DNA of 64,000 bases from an uncultured virus (IMG/VR IMGVR_UViG_3300032607_001050) (Duplodnaviria; Heunggongvirae; Uroviricota; Caudoviricetes), in IMG/VR virus record IMGVR_UViG_3300032607_001050. The stretch is one strand, 5' to 3'. A program made the position numbers and the translations under genes. A model generated the notes under the pieces. The model saw only the letters and a list, made by a program, of their open reading frames with translations, was not told where the DNA came from and ran no database searches. Position 1 is the first letter of the stretch, and each line of letters begins with the position of its first letter. This document shows, piece by piece, positions 27,059-36,328 of the stretch.

Positions 27059-28177
27059 ATGAACCAAGAAGTCGCCCAACAACTCACCCGCGCCCGCACC
27101 CACCTGCTGCTGGACTTTCCGTTCTTCGGCGAGCTGGCTCTGCGCCTGCGCCTAGTCGAGCGCCCTGACGTTCCCACGCTGGCTGTCGACGGTCGCCACA
27201 TCTTCTACAACCCGGACTTTGTCGCCGGCCTGTCGCCCTCGCTGACCAAGTCGGCCATGGGCCACGAGGTGCTGCACCCCATCCTCGACCACATCGGCCG
27301 CCGCGGTGGACGCGACCCGCGCAAGTGGAACCAGGCTGGTGACTACGTCATCAACGCCATGCTCAAAGACTCCGGCTTTGAGATTGGCCCCAACTGGCTG
27401 TATGACACGGCCTACGCCGGCATGACCACTGACCAGATTTACGCGCTGCTGCCCAACGACGACGGCAGCGGACGTCAGCCAGGCGGCCCTGGTGGCCACG
27501 GCGGCCAGGACGATCCGCTTGACAACTGCATGGACGGCGATCCTGACACCACCGACATCGACGCCACCGACTGGAAAATCGCCACCATCCAGGCCGCCAA
27601 CGCCGCCAAGGCCATGGGCAAATTACCAGCCAGCCTGGCGCGCTTCGTCGAGGAACTGACCACGCCCAAAGTCAACTGGCGCGAACGCCTGCGCCGCTTC
27701 GTCACCGAACGCAGCCGCAACGACTACAGCTGGATGCGCCCCAACCGCCGCTTCATCAGCCAGGGCATGTACCTGCCCAGCCTGTACAGCGAGTCCATGG
27801 GCGAAATCGTCGTGGCCATCGACACGTCCGGCTCGATCGGCCAGGAGATGCTCGACGCTTTCGGCAGCGAGATCAAGGCCATCGTGCAGAGCGCCCGGCC
27901 GTCCAAGACCACCGTGATTTACTGCGACGCCGAGGTCAACCACGTCGACACGTTCGCGCCCACCGACGACCTGAAGTTCGCCATGCACGGCGGCGGCGGC
28001 ACCGACTTCCGCCCACCGTTCCAGTACGTGAGCGAGCACGCCATCCGCCCGGTGTGCTTTGTCTACCTGACCGACATGTACGGCAGCTTTCCGACTGACC
28101 CCGGCTACCCGGTCATGTGGTGCGCCACCACGGAGGTTGTCGGGCCGTTCGGCGAGACGATTTCCATCCAAGTTTAA
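27059..28177 (+). CDS. Metallopeptidase-like + VWA domain protein (DUF2201-like)
   Basis: HEVLH zincin motif, MIDAS DTSGS, GGGGTDF, LTD; ATG 27059. Confidence 0.9.
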   Translation: MNQEVAQQLTRARTHLLLDFPFFGELALRLRLVERPDVPTLAVDGRHIFYNPDFVAGLSPSLTKSAMGHEVLHPILDHIGRRGGRDPRKWNQAGDYVINAMLKDSGFEIGPNWLYDTAYAGMTTDQIYALLPNDDGSGRQPGGPGGHGGQDDPLDNCMDGDPDTTDIDATDWKIATIQAANAAKAMGKLPASLARFVEELTTPKVNWRERLRRFVTERSRNDYSWMRPNRRFISQGMYLPSLYSESMGEIVVAIDTSGSIGQEMLDAFGSEIKAIVQSARPSKTTVIYCDAEVNHVDTFAPTDDLKFAMHGGGGTDFRPPFQYVSEHAIRPVCFVYLTDMYGSFPTDPGYPVMWCATTEVVGPFGETISIQV

Positions 28178-28187
28178 GGAGCACTTG

Positions 28188-28655
28188 ATGCAATACACCA
28201 GCGAACGCAAAGACGCCATCGTCGACCGTCTCGAAACCCTTGGCGTCAAAAAATGCCTGGTTCAGTACAGCGGCGGCGGCGACAGCGGCGCAATTAATGA
28301 AATTTCTGCGTTTTTAACCCACGCGTTCAAAGATCCGCAAGACGTAGACGAGCTAGTCCGAAGCCTGGAAACTGACGAAAACGAAATTGTCATCAATGTG
28401 CGCGACCGCCTGCTGGGCGAGAAAACCAGCGCCTTTAGCGAACAGATCGAACAGTTGGCCTACGACGCGCTTGACCATGTCGATGCCGCCGACTGGGTCA
28501 ACAACGAAGGCGGCAGAGGCACGCTCATCATCGACGTAGAAAGCGGCATCATTGAAATCGAACACGAGATGTACGGCGAGACAGTGTATGAGGGGGACGA
28601 CGACGAAGACGGAACTCAAGGCGAATCCGATCATGCAGCTTACACACTGACCTGA
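28188..28655 (+). CDS. DUF6878-like acidic protein
   Basis: YSGGGDSGAI and DWVNNEGGRGTL motifs; AAGGAG RBS. Confidence 0.7.
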   Translation: MQYTSERKDAIVDRLETLGVKKCLVQYSGGGDSGAINEISAFLTHAFKDPQDVDELVRSLETDENEIVINVRDRLLGEKTSAFSEQIEQLAYDALDHVDAADWVNNEGGRGTLIIDVESGIIEIEHEMYGETVYEGDDDEDGTQGESDHAAYTLT

Positions 28656-28657
28656 CC

Positions 28658-29017
28658 ATGACACACCCTGTCTACCACTCAGCTACCTGCGTCAAACGCT
28701 GGGGCGGCAAGCCTGAAGACTACCAGCCTATCCACGACTGGCTGGACGCTACTAAAGAAACCTTTGCCGATTTTCGGCACCGCGCGCTGCGCCACCACAG
28801 CCAAGGCTGCTTTGAAGCCGAGCGCATCTTCGGCCACAGCATCACCAACAGCGACGGGCGCATGGTGCCGGTGCGTTACATCGCAGAGCAACACATCCAG
28901 GAAGACTGCGGCGGGCGCATCCCCACCGTGTCTGACTGGTTCCGCAACATCAAAGCCGAGAGCTGGATGAGCCGTGGCTATGACGTACCGATTTCCGACA
29001 ACGAACTCAACCCATGA
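28658..29017 (+). CDS. DUF6915-like His-rich protein
   Basis: HP..H...KRWGG..DY..IHDWLD, RHRALRHH, EQHI.ED. Confidence 0.75.
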   Translation: MTHPVYHSATCVKRWGGKPEDYQPIHDWLDATKETFADFRHRALRHHSQGCFEAERIFGHSITNSDGRMVPVRYIAEQHIQEDCGGRIPTVSDWFRNIKAESWMSRGYDVPISDNELNP

Positions 29018-29238
29018 CCAACGAAGAAATCATTGCCCGACTTGACGGTATTGACCTGGCTCCGGCCATTGCGCAGTCAATCACTAAAACGTGGGGCAAA
29101 AAATGCCCCGACTACGAGCCTTGCTGCGCGGTGTGCGCCGCCTGGCATTTGTTCGAAAAGACCGGCGAACGCCCGACCTTCAAAGAAGTCTGTCGCGAGA
29201 CAGAGTCTCATCAACCCCAACCCAAGGAAACATCATGA
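29014..29238 (+). CDS. Small Cys-containing protein
   Basis: CPDYEPCCAVCAAW. Confidence 0.6.
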   Translation: MTNEEIIARLDGIDLAPAIAQSITKTWGKKCPDYEPCCAVCAAWHLFEKTGERPTFKEVCRETESHQPQPKETS

Positions 29239-29486
29239 ACGAACTTATCAATGCCATCGAAGCTGCTGTGCGCAAAATCATCCAAGAAGAAATTGGCAAA
29301 GCCATCAGCGACCAGCTGAGCGAAGGCAACTTCGACAGCGTCGTCCGAAGCGCCATTGACAACAACCTGTACGTCATCAGCTCAATTGAACAGATTATTG
29401 AAAAGAACATGGAAGACCATGACTTTCACGACCAAATCATCACCGCTGTTAAAGACCTCACCTATGAGGTCACGGTAAGCCGGTAG
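29235..29486 (+). CDS. Acidic hypothetical protein
   Basis: AAGGA RBS, ATG 29235. Confidence 0.65.
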   Translation: MNELINAIEAAVRKIIQEEIGKAISDQLSEGNFDSVVRSAIDNNLYVISSIEQIIEKNMEDHDFHDQIITAVKDLTYEVTVSR

Positions 29487-29488
29487 GT

Positions 29489-29719
29489 ATGTCTGACGAC
29501 ATCAAAATCAAAGCCTGGACGTACCACCCTCTGTATTTCACTGTTCTCTACCAAAAAACAGTTGTTAGTTGCATTGATTTTCGACCTATCGGCATCCCCC
29601 ATTACTTTCACAATTACGACAATTTCAACAGTCTCTCCAGAGACGCTCAGTACGCAGTTCGCTGCGCTGCTGACAAATTCATGACTGCCCACAACGTCTT
29701 TATCAGGCTGACCACATGA
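29489..29719 (+). CDS. Hypothetical protein (lower GC)
   Basis: Fills gap, coupled to the next ORF. Confidence 0.55.
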   Translation: MSDDIKIKAWTYHPLYFTVLYQKTVVSCIDFRPIGIPHYFHNYDNFNSLSRDAQYAVRCAADKFMTAHNVFIRLTT

Positions 29720-30336
29720 CTGACACCGACTCCACAGTTGAACAAATCGAGTTCAAGTTCTCCGAGCTCTCAGACAAGGCCAAAGAAAATGCCCGCGACG
29801 ATTTCAAATACCGTGACGGCTACCCTCACGACGACTGGTTCAACCAGGTGTACGAAGACGCAAATTCCATCGGTGAAATCCTTGGATTAAACATCACCAA
29901 CATCTCATTTTCTGGTTTCAGCAGCCAAGGTGACGGCGCGTGTTTCAAAGGCCTTTACGAATTCAACGTCGACGCCATCGAGCAGATGAAAACCCACTGC
30001 AACGACAACGAGCTGATTCGCATTGCCACCCAGCTCACGGCGATGCAGATCGCCCAGCGGCTGCAAGGCCTGGCGTACTTCACAGCCAGGATCACCCAGT
30101 CAGGCAGATATTCGCACTCAAACACCATGCGCGTTGAAATTGATTTTGACGACTACGCTACTGAAGATTTGCAGGCCTTCGAAGACTTTGAAGACGACGT
30201 CGCCAAGCTCTTCCGCGACTTCGCCAACTGGATATATTGGGCGCTGGAAGCCGAGCACGACTACCTGTGCTCTGATGAAGTCATCGACGAACTGCTGGCT
30301 GAAGAAACTTTTGACGAAGAAGGCTGCGCCGTCTAA
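29716..30336 (+). CDS. Acidic conserved phage protein
   Basis: FSELSDKAKE.AR, FSGFSSQGDGACF, YSHSNTM motifs. Confidence 0.75.
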   Translation: MTDTDSTVEQIEFKFSELSDKAKENARDDFKYRDGYPHDDWFNQVYEDANSIGEILGLNITNISFSGFSSQGDGACFKGLYEFNVDAIEQMKTHCNDNELIRIATQLTAMQIAQRLQGLAYFTARITQSGRYSHSNTMRVEIDFDDYATEDLQAFEDFEDDVAKLFRDFANWIYWALEAEHDYLCSDEVIDELLAEETFDEEGCAV

Positions 30337-30364
30337 GATCGTCGTTCGATTAACGAAAGATTCC

Positions 30365-31072
30365 ATGACGCAACACATTGTCAGCTGGTCTTACTCCAAA
30401 CTTGGCGACTTTGAAAAGTGCAAGCTTTCAGCCAAGCTCAAGCACCTCGACCGCATCCCCGAGCCAGACCGCCCACTGCCGCCCGGTAAAACCGAGCATG
30501 CCAATGACCGCGGCTCGCGCATCCACGACAGCTGCGAGCATTTCGTTGATGGCACCGGCCCGTTCATCGCCGAGATGAAGGAGTTCGAGCAGGAGTTCAT
30601 TCACATGAAGCACCTGCACGCTGCCGGCCGGGTCTCGCTCGAAGGCGAGTGGGCACACGACAAGGACTGGAACATCGCCCCGTGGAAGACCGGCTGGCTG
30701 CGCCTGAAGCTCGACGCCATGGTCCACGCCTCTGAGACCGAGGCCGTTGTCATCGACTACAAGTCCGGCCGCAAGTTCGGCAACGAAGTCAAGCACGCCG
30801 AGCAGCTGCAGCTGTACCAGCTCAGCGCCTTCCTGCGCTTTCCTAACCTCGAAGTCGTTCACGCCGAGCTGTGGTACCTCGACGCCAAAGAGATCACCAG
30901 CAGCACCTTCACCCGCGACCAGGGCCTGCGCTTCAAACGCAGCTTTGACAGGCGCGGCACAGCGCTGACATCGGCTACCGACTTTCCCGCCAACCCCAAC
31001 GTGTTCAGCTGCAAGTGGTGCCCCTACGGCCCCGAAGGCACTGGGCACTGTGCGGTGGGTGTGAGGAAATGA
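30365..31072 (+). CDS. PD-(D/E)XK (Cas4/RecB-like) exonuclease
   Basis: SWSYS...C, LD...IDYKSG, QLQLY, CKWC...C; ATG 30365. Confidence 0.9.
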   Translation: MTQHIVSWSYSKLGDFEKCKLSAKLKHLDRIPEPDRPLPPGKTEHANDRGSRIHDSCEHFVDGTGPFIAEMKEFEQEFIHMKHLHAAGRVSLEGEWAHDKDWNIAPWKTGWLRLKLDAMVHASETEAVVIDYKSGRKFGNEVKHAEQLQLYQLSAFLRFPNLEVVHAELWYLDAKEITSSTFTRDQGLRFKRSFDRRGTALTSATDFPANPNVFSCKWCPYGPEGTGHCAVGVRK

Positions 31073-31275
31073 TCGACACGCCGCTACAGATTCTGGCTCG
31101 TCTGAAACAGATGAAAACCCAAGAGCTGGTCGGCGGTAGCGAAGTGCGCTTCCTGCGCCGAATTGGCCGAATTGGCTTTAACTACGACACGCGCAACCTG
31201 CCGTACCACAAGCAGGTCGACGCGCTGATCGAGATTTATACCCCTATGGCCATTGCAGAAAGACTGACTCAGTGA
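31069..31275 (+). CDS. Hypothetical protein
   Basis: GAGG RBS, ATGA overlap. Confidence 0.55.
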   Translation: MIDTPLQILARLKQMKTQELVGGSEVRFLRRIGRIGFNYDTRNLPYHKQVDALIEIYTPMAIAERLTQ

Positions 31276-32687
31276 CCCCCAAACCTATCAAGCCCTTCGC
31301 CCACCAGCTCGTCTCTATCAAACACAACGACAAGTCCAAGCTAGTGTTTGACCTCAGCGACGCTGGCACCGGCAAGACCTACGTGCGCATCGCCGGCTTT
31401 GCCAAGCGCCGCGCAGCCGGCGGCAAGTGCCTGCTGGTCATTGCCCCGCGCTCGCTCCTGCGCAGTGTCTGGTTCAACGACTTCCGCAAGTTCGCCCCGC
31501 ACCTCAAGGTTGTCATCGCCAACGCTGACAACCGCGAGAAAGCCTTTGCCGAAGACGCTGACGTCTACGTCACCAACACCGACGCCGCCAAATGGCTGGG
31601 CGCGCAGAAGAAACCTTTCTTTGCCCGCTTTGGCGAGCTGGCCATCGACGAGTCGACCGCCTTCAAGCACCACACCAGCCAGCGCAGCAAAGCCATGGTC
31701 AAAGTAGCCCGCCACTTTGAATACATCTGCTGCATGACCGCCACGCCCAACAGCAACACCATCTGCGACATCTGGCACCAGGCCATGCTGCTCGACGCCG
31801 GCAAACGCCTCGGCAACAGCTTCTTCAAGTTCCGCGACACCGTCTGTACCCCGGTGCAGGTCGGCCGCCAAGCCCAGATGGTCAAGTGGCACGACCGCGA
31901 AGGCGCTGAGGAAGCCGTGTTTGGCCTGCTGGGTGACATCGTCATCCGCCACAAGTTTGACGACTGCGTCGACATTCCGGCCAACCACCAGTACGCCGTC
32001 GACTACGACCTGACCGCCAAGCAGCTCAAGACCTATCTGGAGATGGAGCAGACCCAGATGCTGTCGCTCAGCAAGACCACCATGACGGCCGTCAACGCCG
32101 CCGCGGTGCGTACTAAGCTGCTGCAGATCGCCAGCGGCGCGGTCTACGACGGCCTCGGCGGCTTCCAGGTTGTTGACCGCGCTAGGTACGAGCTGGTGCT
32201 TGACCTTGTCGAGCAGCGCCAGCACAGCCTGGTGTTCTTCTTGTGGAAGCACCAGCGCGACCTGCTGATCGAAGAAGCCTGCAAGCGCGGCCTGACGTTC
32301 TGCGTGCTCGACGGCTCTACCACCGACCGCGAGCGCGACGAGATGGTCAAGGGCTATCAGGCCGGCGTGTTCCAGGTCATGTTCGCCCATCCCAAATCAG
32401 CTGCGCACGGTTTGACGCTGACCAAAGGCACGGCCACGATCTGGTCGTCGCCCACCGACGACCTGGAGATATTCGTGCAGGGCTCCAAGCGCCAGCACCG
32501 CATCGGCCAGACGCAAAAGACCGAGACCATCGTCGTCATTGCCAAGGGCACCTTCGACGAGAAAGTCTGGGACAACATGCTCAGCAAAGGCAAGCGCATG
32601 GACAACCTGCTGGACCTGTTCAGCAGCCTGACAACAGCAACTGCGCCAGTCGCGGCGCGTAAAAAGAAAGTGATGGAACCAGCATGA
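31272..32687 (+). CDS. SNF2-type SF2 helicase
   Basis: DAGTGKT, IDES, TATP, HGLTL, Q...R.HRIGQ. Confidence 0.9.
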   Translation: MTPKPIKPFAHQLVSIKHNDKSKLVFDLSDAGTGKTYVRIAGFAKRRAAGGKCLLVIAPRSLLRSVWFNDFRKFAPHLKVVIANADNREKAFAEDADVYVTNTDAAKWLGAQKKPFFARFGELAIDESTAFKHHTSQRSKAMVKVARHFEYICCMTATPNSNTICDIWHQAMLLDAGKRLGNSFFKFRDTVCTPVQVGRQAQMVKWHDREGAEEAVFGLLGDIVIRHKFDDCVDIPANHQYAVDYDLTAKQLKTYLEMEQTQMLSLSKTTMTAVNAAAVRTKLLQIASGAVYDGLGGFQVVDRARYELVLDLVEQRQHSLVFFLWKHQRDLLIEEACKRGLTFCVLDGSTTDRERDEMVKGYQAGVFQVMFAHPKSAAHGLTLTKGTATIWSSPTDDLEIFVQGSKRQHRIGQTQKTETIVVIAKGTFDEKVWDNMLSKGKRMDNLLDLFSSLTTATAPVAARKKKVMEPA

Positions 32688-32884
32688 AAATCAGTGAATG
32701 CCTATGCCCTGCGTCTCTTGACAGCGGAATCTTGACTCTCGAAGACGGCACCGCTATCGACCTGCAGCATATTTACGAACTGTTGGCCGAACTGCGCGAC
32801 TACGCGATAAGCGCCACGATGACGATGGAAGAAGAGCCCAGCTGTGTATTCGCGGCAAGTTTGATCCTGGATGAATTTCAGTGA
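32684..32884 (+). CDS. Hypothetical acidic protein
   Basis: Coupled overlaps on both sides. Confidence 0.55.
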   Translation: MKISECLCPASLDSGILTLEDGTAIDLQHIYELLAELRDYAISATMTMEEEPSCVFAASLILDEFQ

Positions 32885-34968
32885 CCTGGGCCTCCGCCAT
32901 CAAAAAACACGTTGCCCAGGCGTTCGCGCCTGCAGCGACGTTCACGCGGCCGGCTGTTCCGCAGCACACCGTTGACTGGGCACGCCTCGTGTCCCTGGAC
33001 TTCGAGACTTACTACGACGCCGACTTCACCCTCAAGAAGATGTCGACTTCTGAATACATCCGCGACAAGCGCTTCAAGTCCCAGATGCTGGGCATCAAGG
33101 TAGGCCATGGAAAAACACGAATCATCCCCGCCCGCAACATCAAAGCCGAGCTGGGCAAGATTAACTGGGCCACTCACGCAGTGCTTTGCCATAACACTCA
33201 GTTTGATGGTTTTATCCTTAGTCATCACTACGGAGTTCATCCTGTTTATTTATACGATACCCTCTCGATGGCCCGTGGCCTTCACTCTAACGATATTGGC
33301 GCTGGTCTTGACGATGTAAGCGTCTTCTACGGCGGCCACGGCAAGCTCGAAGGCCTCGAGGCCACCAAGGGCGTCGTCAACTGGCCCAAGGCTTTGTTCG
33401 ACGCCACGGCACCCTACTGCGCCAACGACGTCGACGAGATGCTGCGCGTCTTCAAGGCCATGCTGCCCAAGATGCCGGCCGACGAGATGGACCTCATCGA
33501 CCTTACCTGCCGCATGTTCTGCAGTCCGGTGCTGCGCGTCGACCTGCCCCGCGTCGAAGCCGAGCTCAAGCGCGAACTCGATCGCCGCGACGTGCTGATG
33601 GCCACCGTGATCAACCCGCGCCTGTACGACGACAAGACCACGCTCAAGAGCCTGGCCGAGCGCGCATTAACTGGCAAAGAGCGGGACACCCTGATCGTCA
33701 AGCGCGTCATCGGCAGCAACGACACGTTTGCCGAACTCTTGAGAGCCGAGGGCATCGAGCCGCCGATGAAGATTAGCCCGGCATGGATCAAAAAACCCAA
33801 AGACCTGCGCGACGAAGATGGCAAGTGGGCCTACGCCTTTGCCAAAGACGACGCCAAGTTCATCGGCTTGCCCAACAACGTCGAAGACTGGGGCTTTGAT
33901 CTCAACAACCCGGCCGATGTGGCGCTGATGACTGCCAAGCAGGACCGCATCCAGACCCTGGTCGATGTCCGCATCGCCACCAAGTCCACTACCAACGTCA
34001 CGCGGTCTCAGCGCTTTCTGACCGCTGGCGCCAACGGCATGGCCCTGCCCTGCGCCTACGCCTACTACCGCGCGCACACCGGGCGCTGGGGCGGCCAAAA
34101 CAAGATGAACATGCAGAACCTGACGCGCGGCGGCGAGCTGCGGCTGTCGATTCTGGCACCCAAAGGCCAAGTCATTGCGGTGCAGGACAGCGGGCAGATC
34201 GAAGCCCGGGTCAACGGCTGGCTCTGGGGCCAGCGCGACCTGCTCGATGCGTTCAGGGCTGCAGACGCCGGCACCGGCCGCGACGCCTACTGCAATTTTG
34301 GCGATCACATCTACGGCCGGGAAATCACCAAAGCCGACACGATGGAGCGCTTCGTCGGCAAGGTCTGCGTGCTCGGCCTCGGCTTCCAGATGGGCGCACC
34401 CAAGTTCCAGATGACGCTGGCCAAGGGCGCTCTCGGCGGCCCGCCGGTCTACTTCTCGTCCGACCGCTGCAAGGCCATTGTCAACACCTACCGGCTCAAG
34501 AACCATCGGATCGTTGCCGGCTGGGACATCTGCAAACGCATCATCGACGACATGGCCGCTGGCCGCACCGGCACCCACGGCCCGATCAACTGGGAGTTCG
34601 AGACCATCTGGCTGCCCAACGGCATGGCGCTCAAGTACCCCGACCTGCGCAAAGCCGTCGGCGAGCAGGGCTGGGACGAGTGGAGCTACCAGGCCAAAGA
34701 CCAGCGCAAGAAGATATACGGCGGCCTGCTGTGCGAGAACCTGGTGCAGGCGCTGGCCCGCATCATCGTCGCCGGCCAGAAGCTGGCGATCAGCCGCAAG
34801 TACCGCGTTGTCATGACCACGCACGACGAGGTGGTGGCGATCGCCAAGACCGCCCAAGCCGAAGCGTGCATCAAGTTCATGGCCAAAGCCATGAGCACCG
34901 CGCCTGCTTGGTGCGCCGACATTCCGCTCAACTGCGAAGGCGGCTACGCCGAGAACTACAGCAAATGA
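32881..34968 (+). CDS. polA: Family A DNA polymerase with 3'-5' exonuclease
   Basis: DFET, HNTQFD, YCAND exonuclease motifs; HTGRW, DSGQIEAR, RFVGKVCVLGLGF, THDE. Confidence 0.92.
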   Translation: MTWASAIKKHVAQAFAPAATFTRPAVPQHTVDWARLVSLDFETYYDADFTLKKMSTSEYIRDKRFKSQMLGIKVGHGKTRIIPARNIKAELGKINWATHAVLCHNTQFDGFILSHHYGVHPVYLYDTLSMARGLHSNDIGAGLDDVSVFYGGHGKLEGLEATKGVVNWPKALFDATAPYCANDVDEMLRVFKAMLPKMPADEMDLIDLTCRMFCSPVLRVDLPRVEAELKRELDRRDVLMATVINPRLYDDKTTLKSLAERALTGKERDTLIVKRVIGSNDTFAELLRAEGIEPPMKISPAWIKKPKDLRDEDGKWAYAFAKDDAKFIGLPNNVEDWGFDLNNPADVALMTAKQDRIQTLVDVRIATKSTTNVTRSQRFLTAGANGMALPCAYAYYRAHTGRWGGQNKMNMQNLTRGGELRLSILAPKGQVIAVQDSGQIEARVNGWLWGQRDLLDAFRAADAGTGRDAYCNFGDHIYGREITKADTMERFVGKVCVLGLGFQMGAPKFQMTLAKGALGGPPVYFSSDRCKAIVNTYRLKNHRIVAGWDICKRIIDDMAAGRTGTHGPINWEFETIWLPNGMALKYPDLRKAVGEQGWDEWSYQAKDQRKKIYGGLLCENLVQALARIIVAGQKLAISRKYRVVMTTHDEVVAIAKTAQAEACIKFMAKAMSTAPAWCADIPLNCEGGYAENYSK
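33107..33319 (+). CDS. Putative overprinted membrane protein in the +1 frame of polA
   Basis: ATG with AAGGTAGG upstream; two hydrophobic segments coinciding with a T-ending codon patch in polA. Confidence 0.45.
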   Translation: MEKHESSPPATSKPSWARLTGPLTQCFAITLSLMVLSLVITTEFILFIYTIPSRWPVAFTLTILALVLTM

Positions 34969-35189
34969 GCATCTGCAGCGACGAGGCCAGTCAGTTCGAG
35001 TACGGCGTCCGAATGGCCTGGCCAGGTGCTCGGGGCGATGTGCATATCAGCTACATCGACTACGAAGCCACCTACCGCATCAAGTTCAGCAACGGCGCGC
35101 TCATTGAAGGGCGCGTGCGCAATGACGTCATCACTGACGCGACCGCTTACGCCAAGGCCACTGAGCGCTTAACAGGAAAAACACCATGA
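34965..35189 (+). CDS. Hypothetical protein
   Basis: ATGA overlap, ATG 34965. Confidence 0.6.
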   Translation: MSICSDEASQFEYGVRMAWPGARGDVHISYIDYEATYRIKFSNGALIEGRVRNDVITDATAYAKATERLTGKTP

Positions 35190-35204
35190 TGAAAGGCTTG
35201 TGAA

Positions 35205-35414
35205 ATGAAGAACGGATACACCCCCAAAGAGTACGCGCACGCAATAGCGATCGACGCGCTAGGCATTGCCCACACGAACAAGTTTGGCGAGCTGGACGGG
35301 CTCACCCCGTCTGAGACAAGGCATGTTCAGGAGCATATCGAGCGCCTGCGCACCAGGCTGGCCGATCAGGCAAAGCTTGACCTCGGGCCCATTTATCCAA
35401 GAGCAAGCACATGA
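35205..35414 (+). CDS. Hypothetical protein
   Basis: ORF track. Confidence 0.6.
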   Translation: MKNGYTPKEYAHAIAIDALGIAHTNKFGELDGLTPSETRHVQEHIERLRTRLADQAKLDLGPIYPRAST

Positions 35415-35617
35415 CCGTACTCGTCGTCTACTCGCTGCGCAACCCGCAGTACCCCGACAACAGCCGCGACCCGTTGATTGACCACTGGGCAGCGCACGAA
35501 TCTCTGGAAGACGCTACCGCGCACTACAAGCGGCTGATTGAACAGAACGACCTCTACATCGTGAACATCTGCTCCATCATCCGCAGCACCGACTACGAAC
35601 CAATGGGGGCACCATGA
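35411..35617 (+). CDS. Hypothetical protein
   Basis: ATGA overlap. Confidence 0.65.
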   Translation: MTVLVVYSLRNPQYPDNSRDPLIDHWAAHESLEDATAHYKRLIEQNDLYIVNICSIIRSTDYEPMGAP

Positions 35618-35937
35618 AGACTGCTGCAGAAAAAGAGACCCTGTTGGCCAGCTACAACTACGTAGTCAAACTCCGCGACCCAAGTGTCAACCCCGAGCAT
35701 TCTGGCTGCTGGATGCTAATCGACGACATTGATCCAGACGGTTACAAGATCGTCGGCGACGATCGAGACGAGCTGATCCACGAGGCGGACAGGCACATGC
35801 AGCTAGGTCCGTGCGCATGTCAGCAATGTCATGGTCGGCGTGGCGGCGTCAAGGGCAACGAAGTGATGGCGTTTGGCAAGATTTTGTGCGACTACTGCTA
35901 TGCCGACTCTATCCACACTTTCAAAGAATCAGAATGA
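35614..35937 (+). CDS. Zn-finger-like hypothetical protein
   Basis: CQQC...GGVKGNE...LCDYC. Confidence 0.65.
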   Translation: MKTAAEKETLLASYNYVVKLRDPSVNPEHSGCWMLIDDIDPDGYKIVGDDRDELIHEADRHMQLGPCACQQCHGRRGGVKGNEVMAFGKILCDYCYADSIHTFKESE

Positions 35938-36248
35938 TCAAAATCGAAGACCCCGACTACTTCGCCGAGGTGATGCAGTTCGCCCTGGCCCACGGCTGCG
36001 CAGACAAGCTCACCGAGCGGCTCGATTACCTCACCCAGTACCACGAGGGTGAAAACACCTGCCAGCTCTACAAAGACTGGGCGCCGTACAGCTTCGCCTT
36101 CCTGATGGTGCGGCCAGACGGCACGCGCTGGTTCAACGGCGGCCTGATGTACTCCGGCCCGGACCAGCCGCTTGACGGCAGCTTTCCGGCCCTGACCGTG
36201 GGCATCGGCATCGACAGCTCTAAGCACGGGTGGTCGATTCATACTTAG
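35934..36248 (+). CDS. DUF4120-like protein
   Basis: LYKDWAPYSF.F, NGGL.Y.G, GWSIHT C-terminus. Confidence 0.75.
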   Translation: MIKIEDPDYFAEVMQFALAHGCADKLTERLDYLTQYHEGENTCQLYKDWAPYSFAFLMVRPDGTRWFNGGLMYSGPDQPLDGSFPALTVGIGIDSSKHGWSIHT

Positions 36249-36274
36249 ATTGACCCCGTACTTTGGTCGGACTT

Positions 36275-36292
36275 TCTAACGTCTATCTTAGA
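36275..36292 (+). promoter_or_regulatory. Degenerate TCTAA heptamer/palindrome motif
   Basis: TCTAACG-TCTATCTTAGA upstream of the 36329 operon. Confidence 0.6.
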
Positions 36293-36328
36293 TCGTATTA
36301 CACTTTATTTACTCAAGGATAACGAATC

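Noticed and set aside
30365..31072. CRISPR-associated Cas4
   Set aside because: No array or other cas genes; ordinary phage PD-(D/E)XK exonuclease in a replication module
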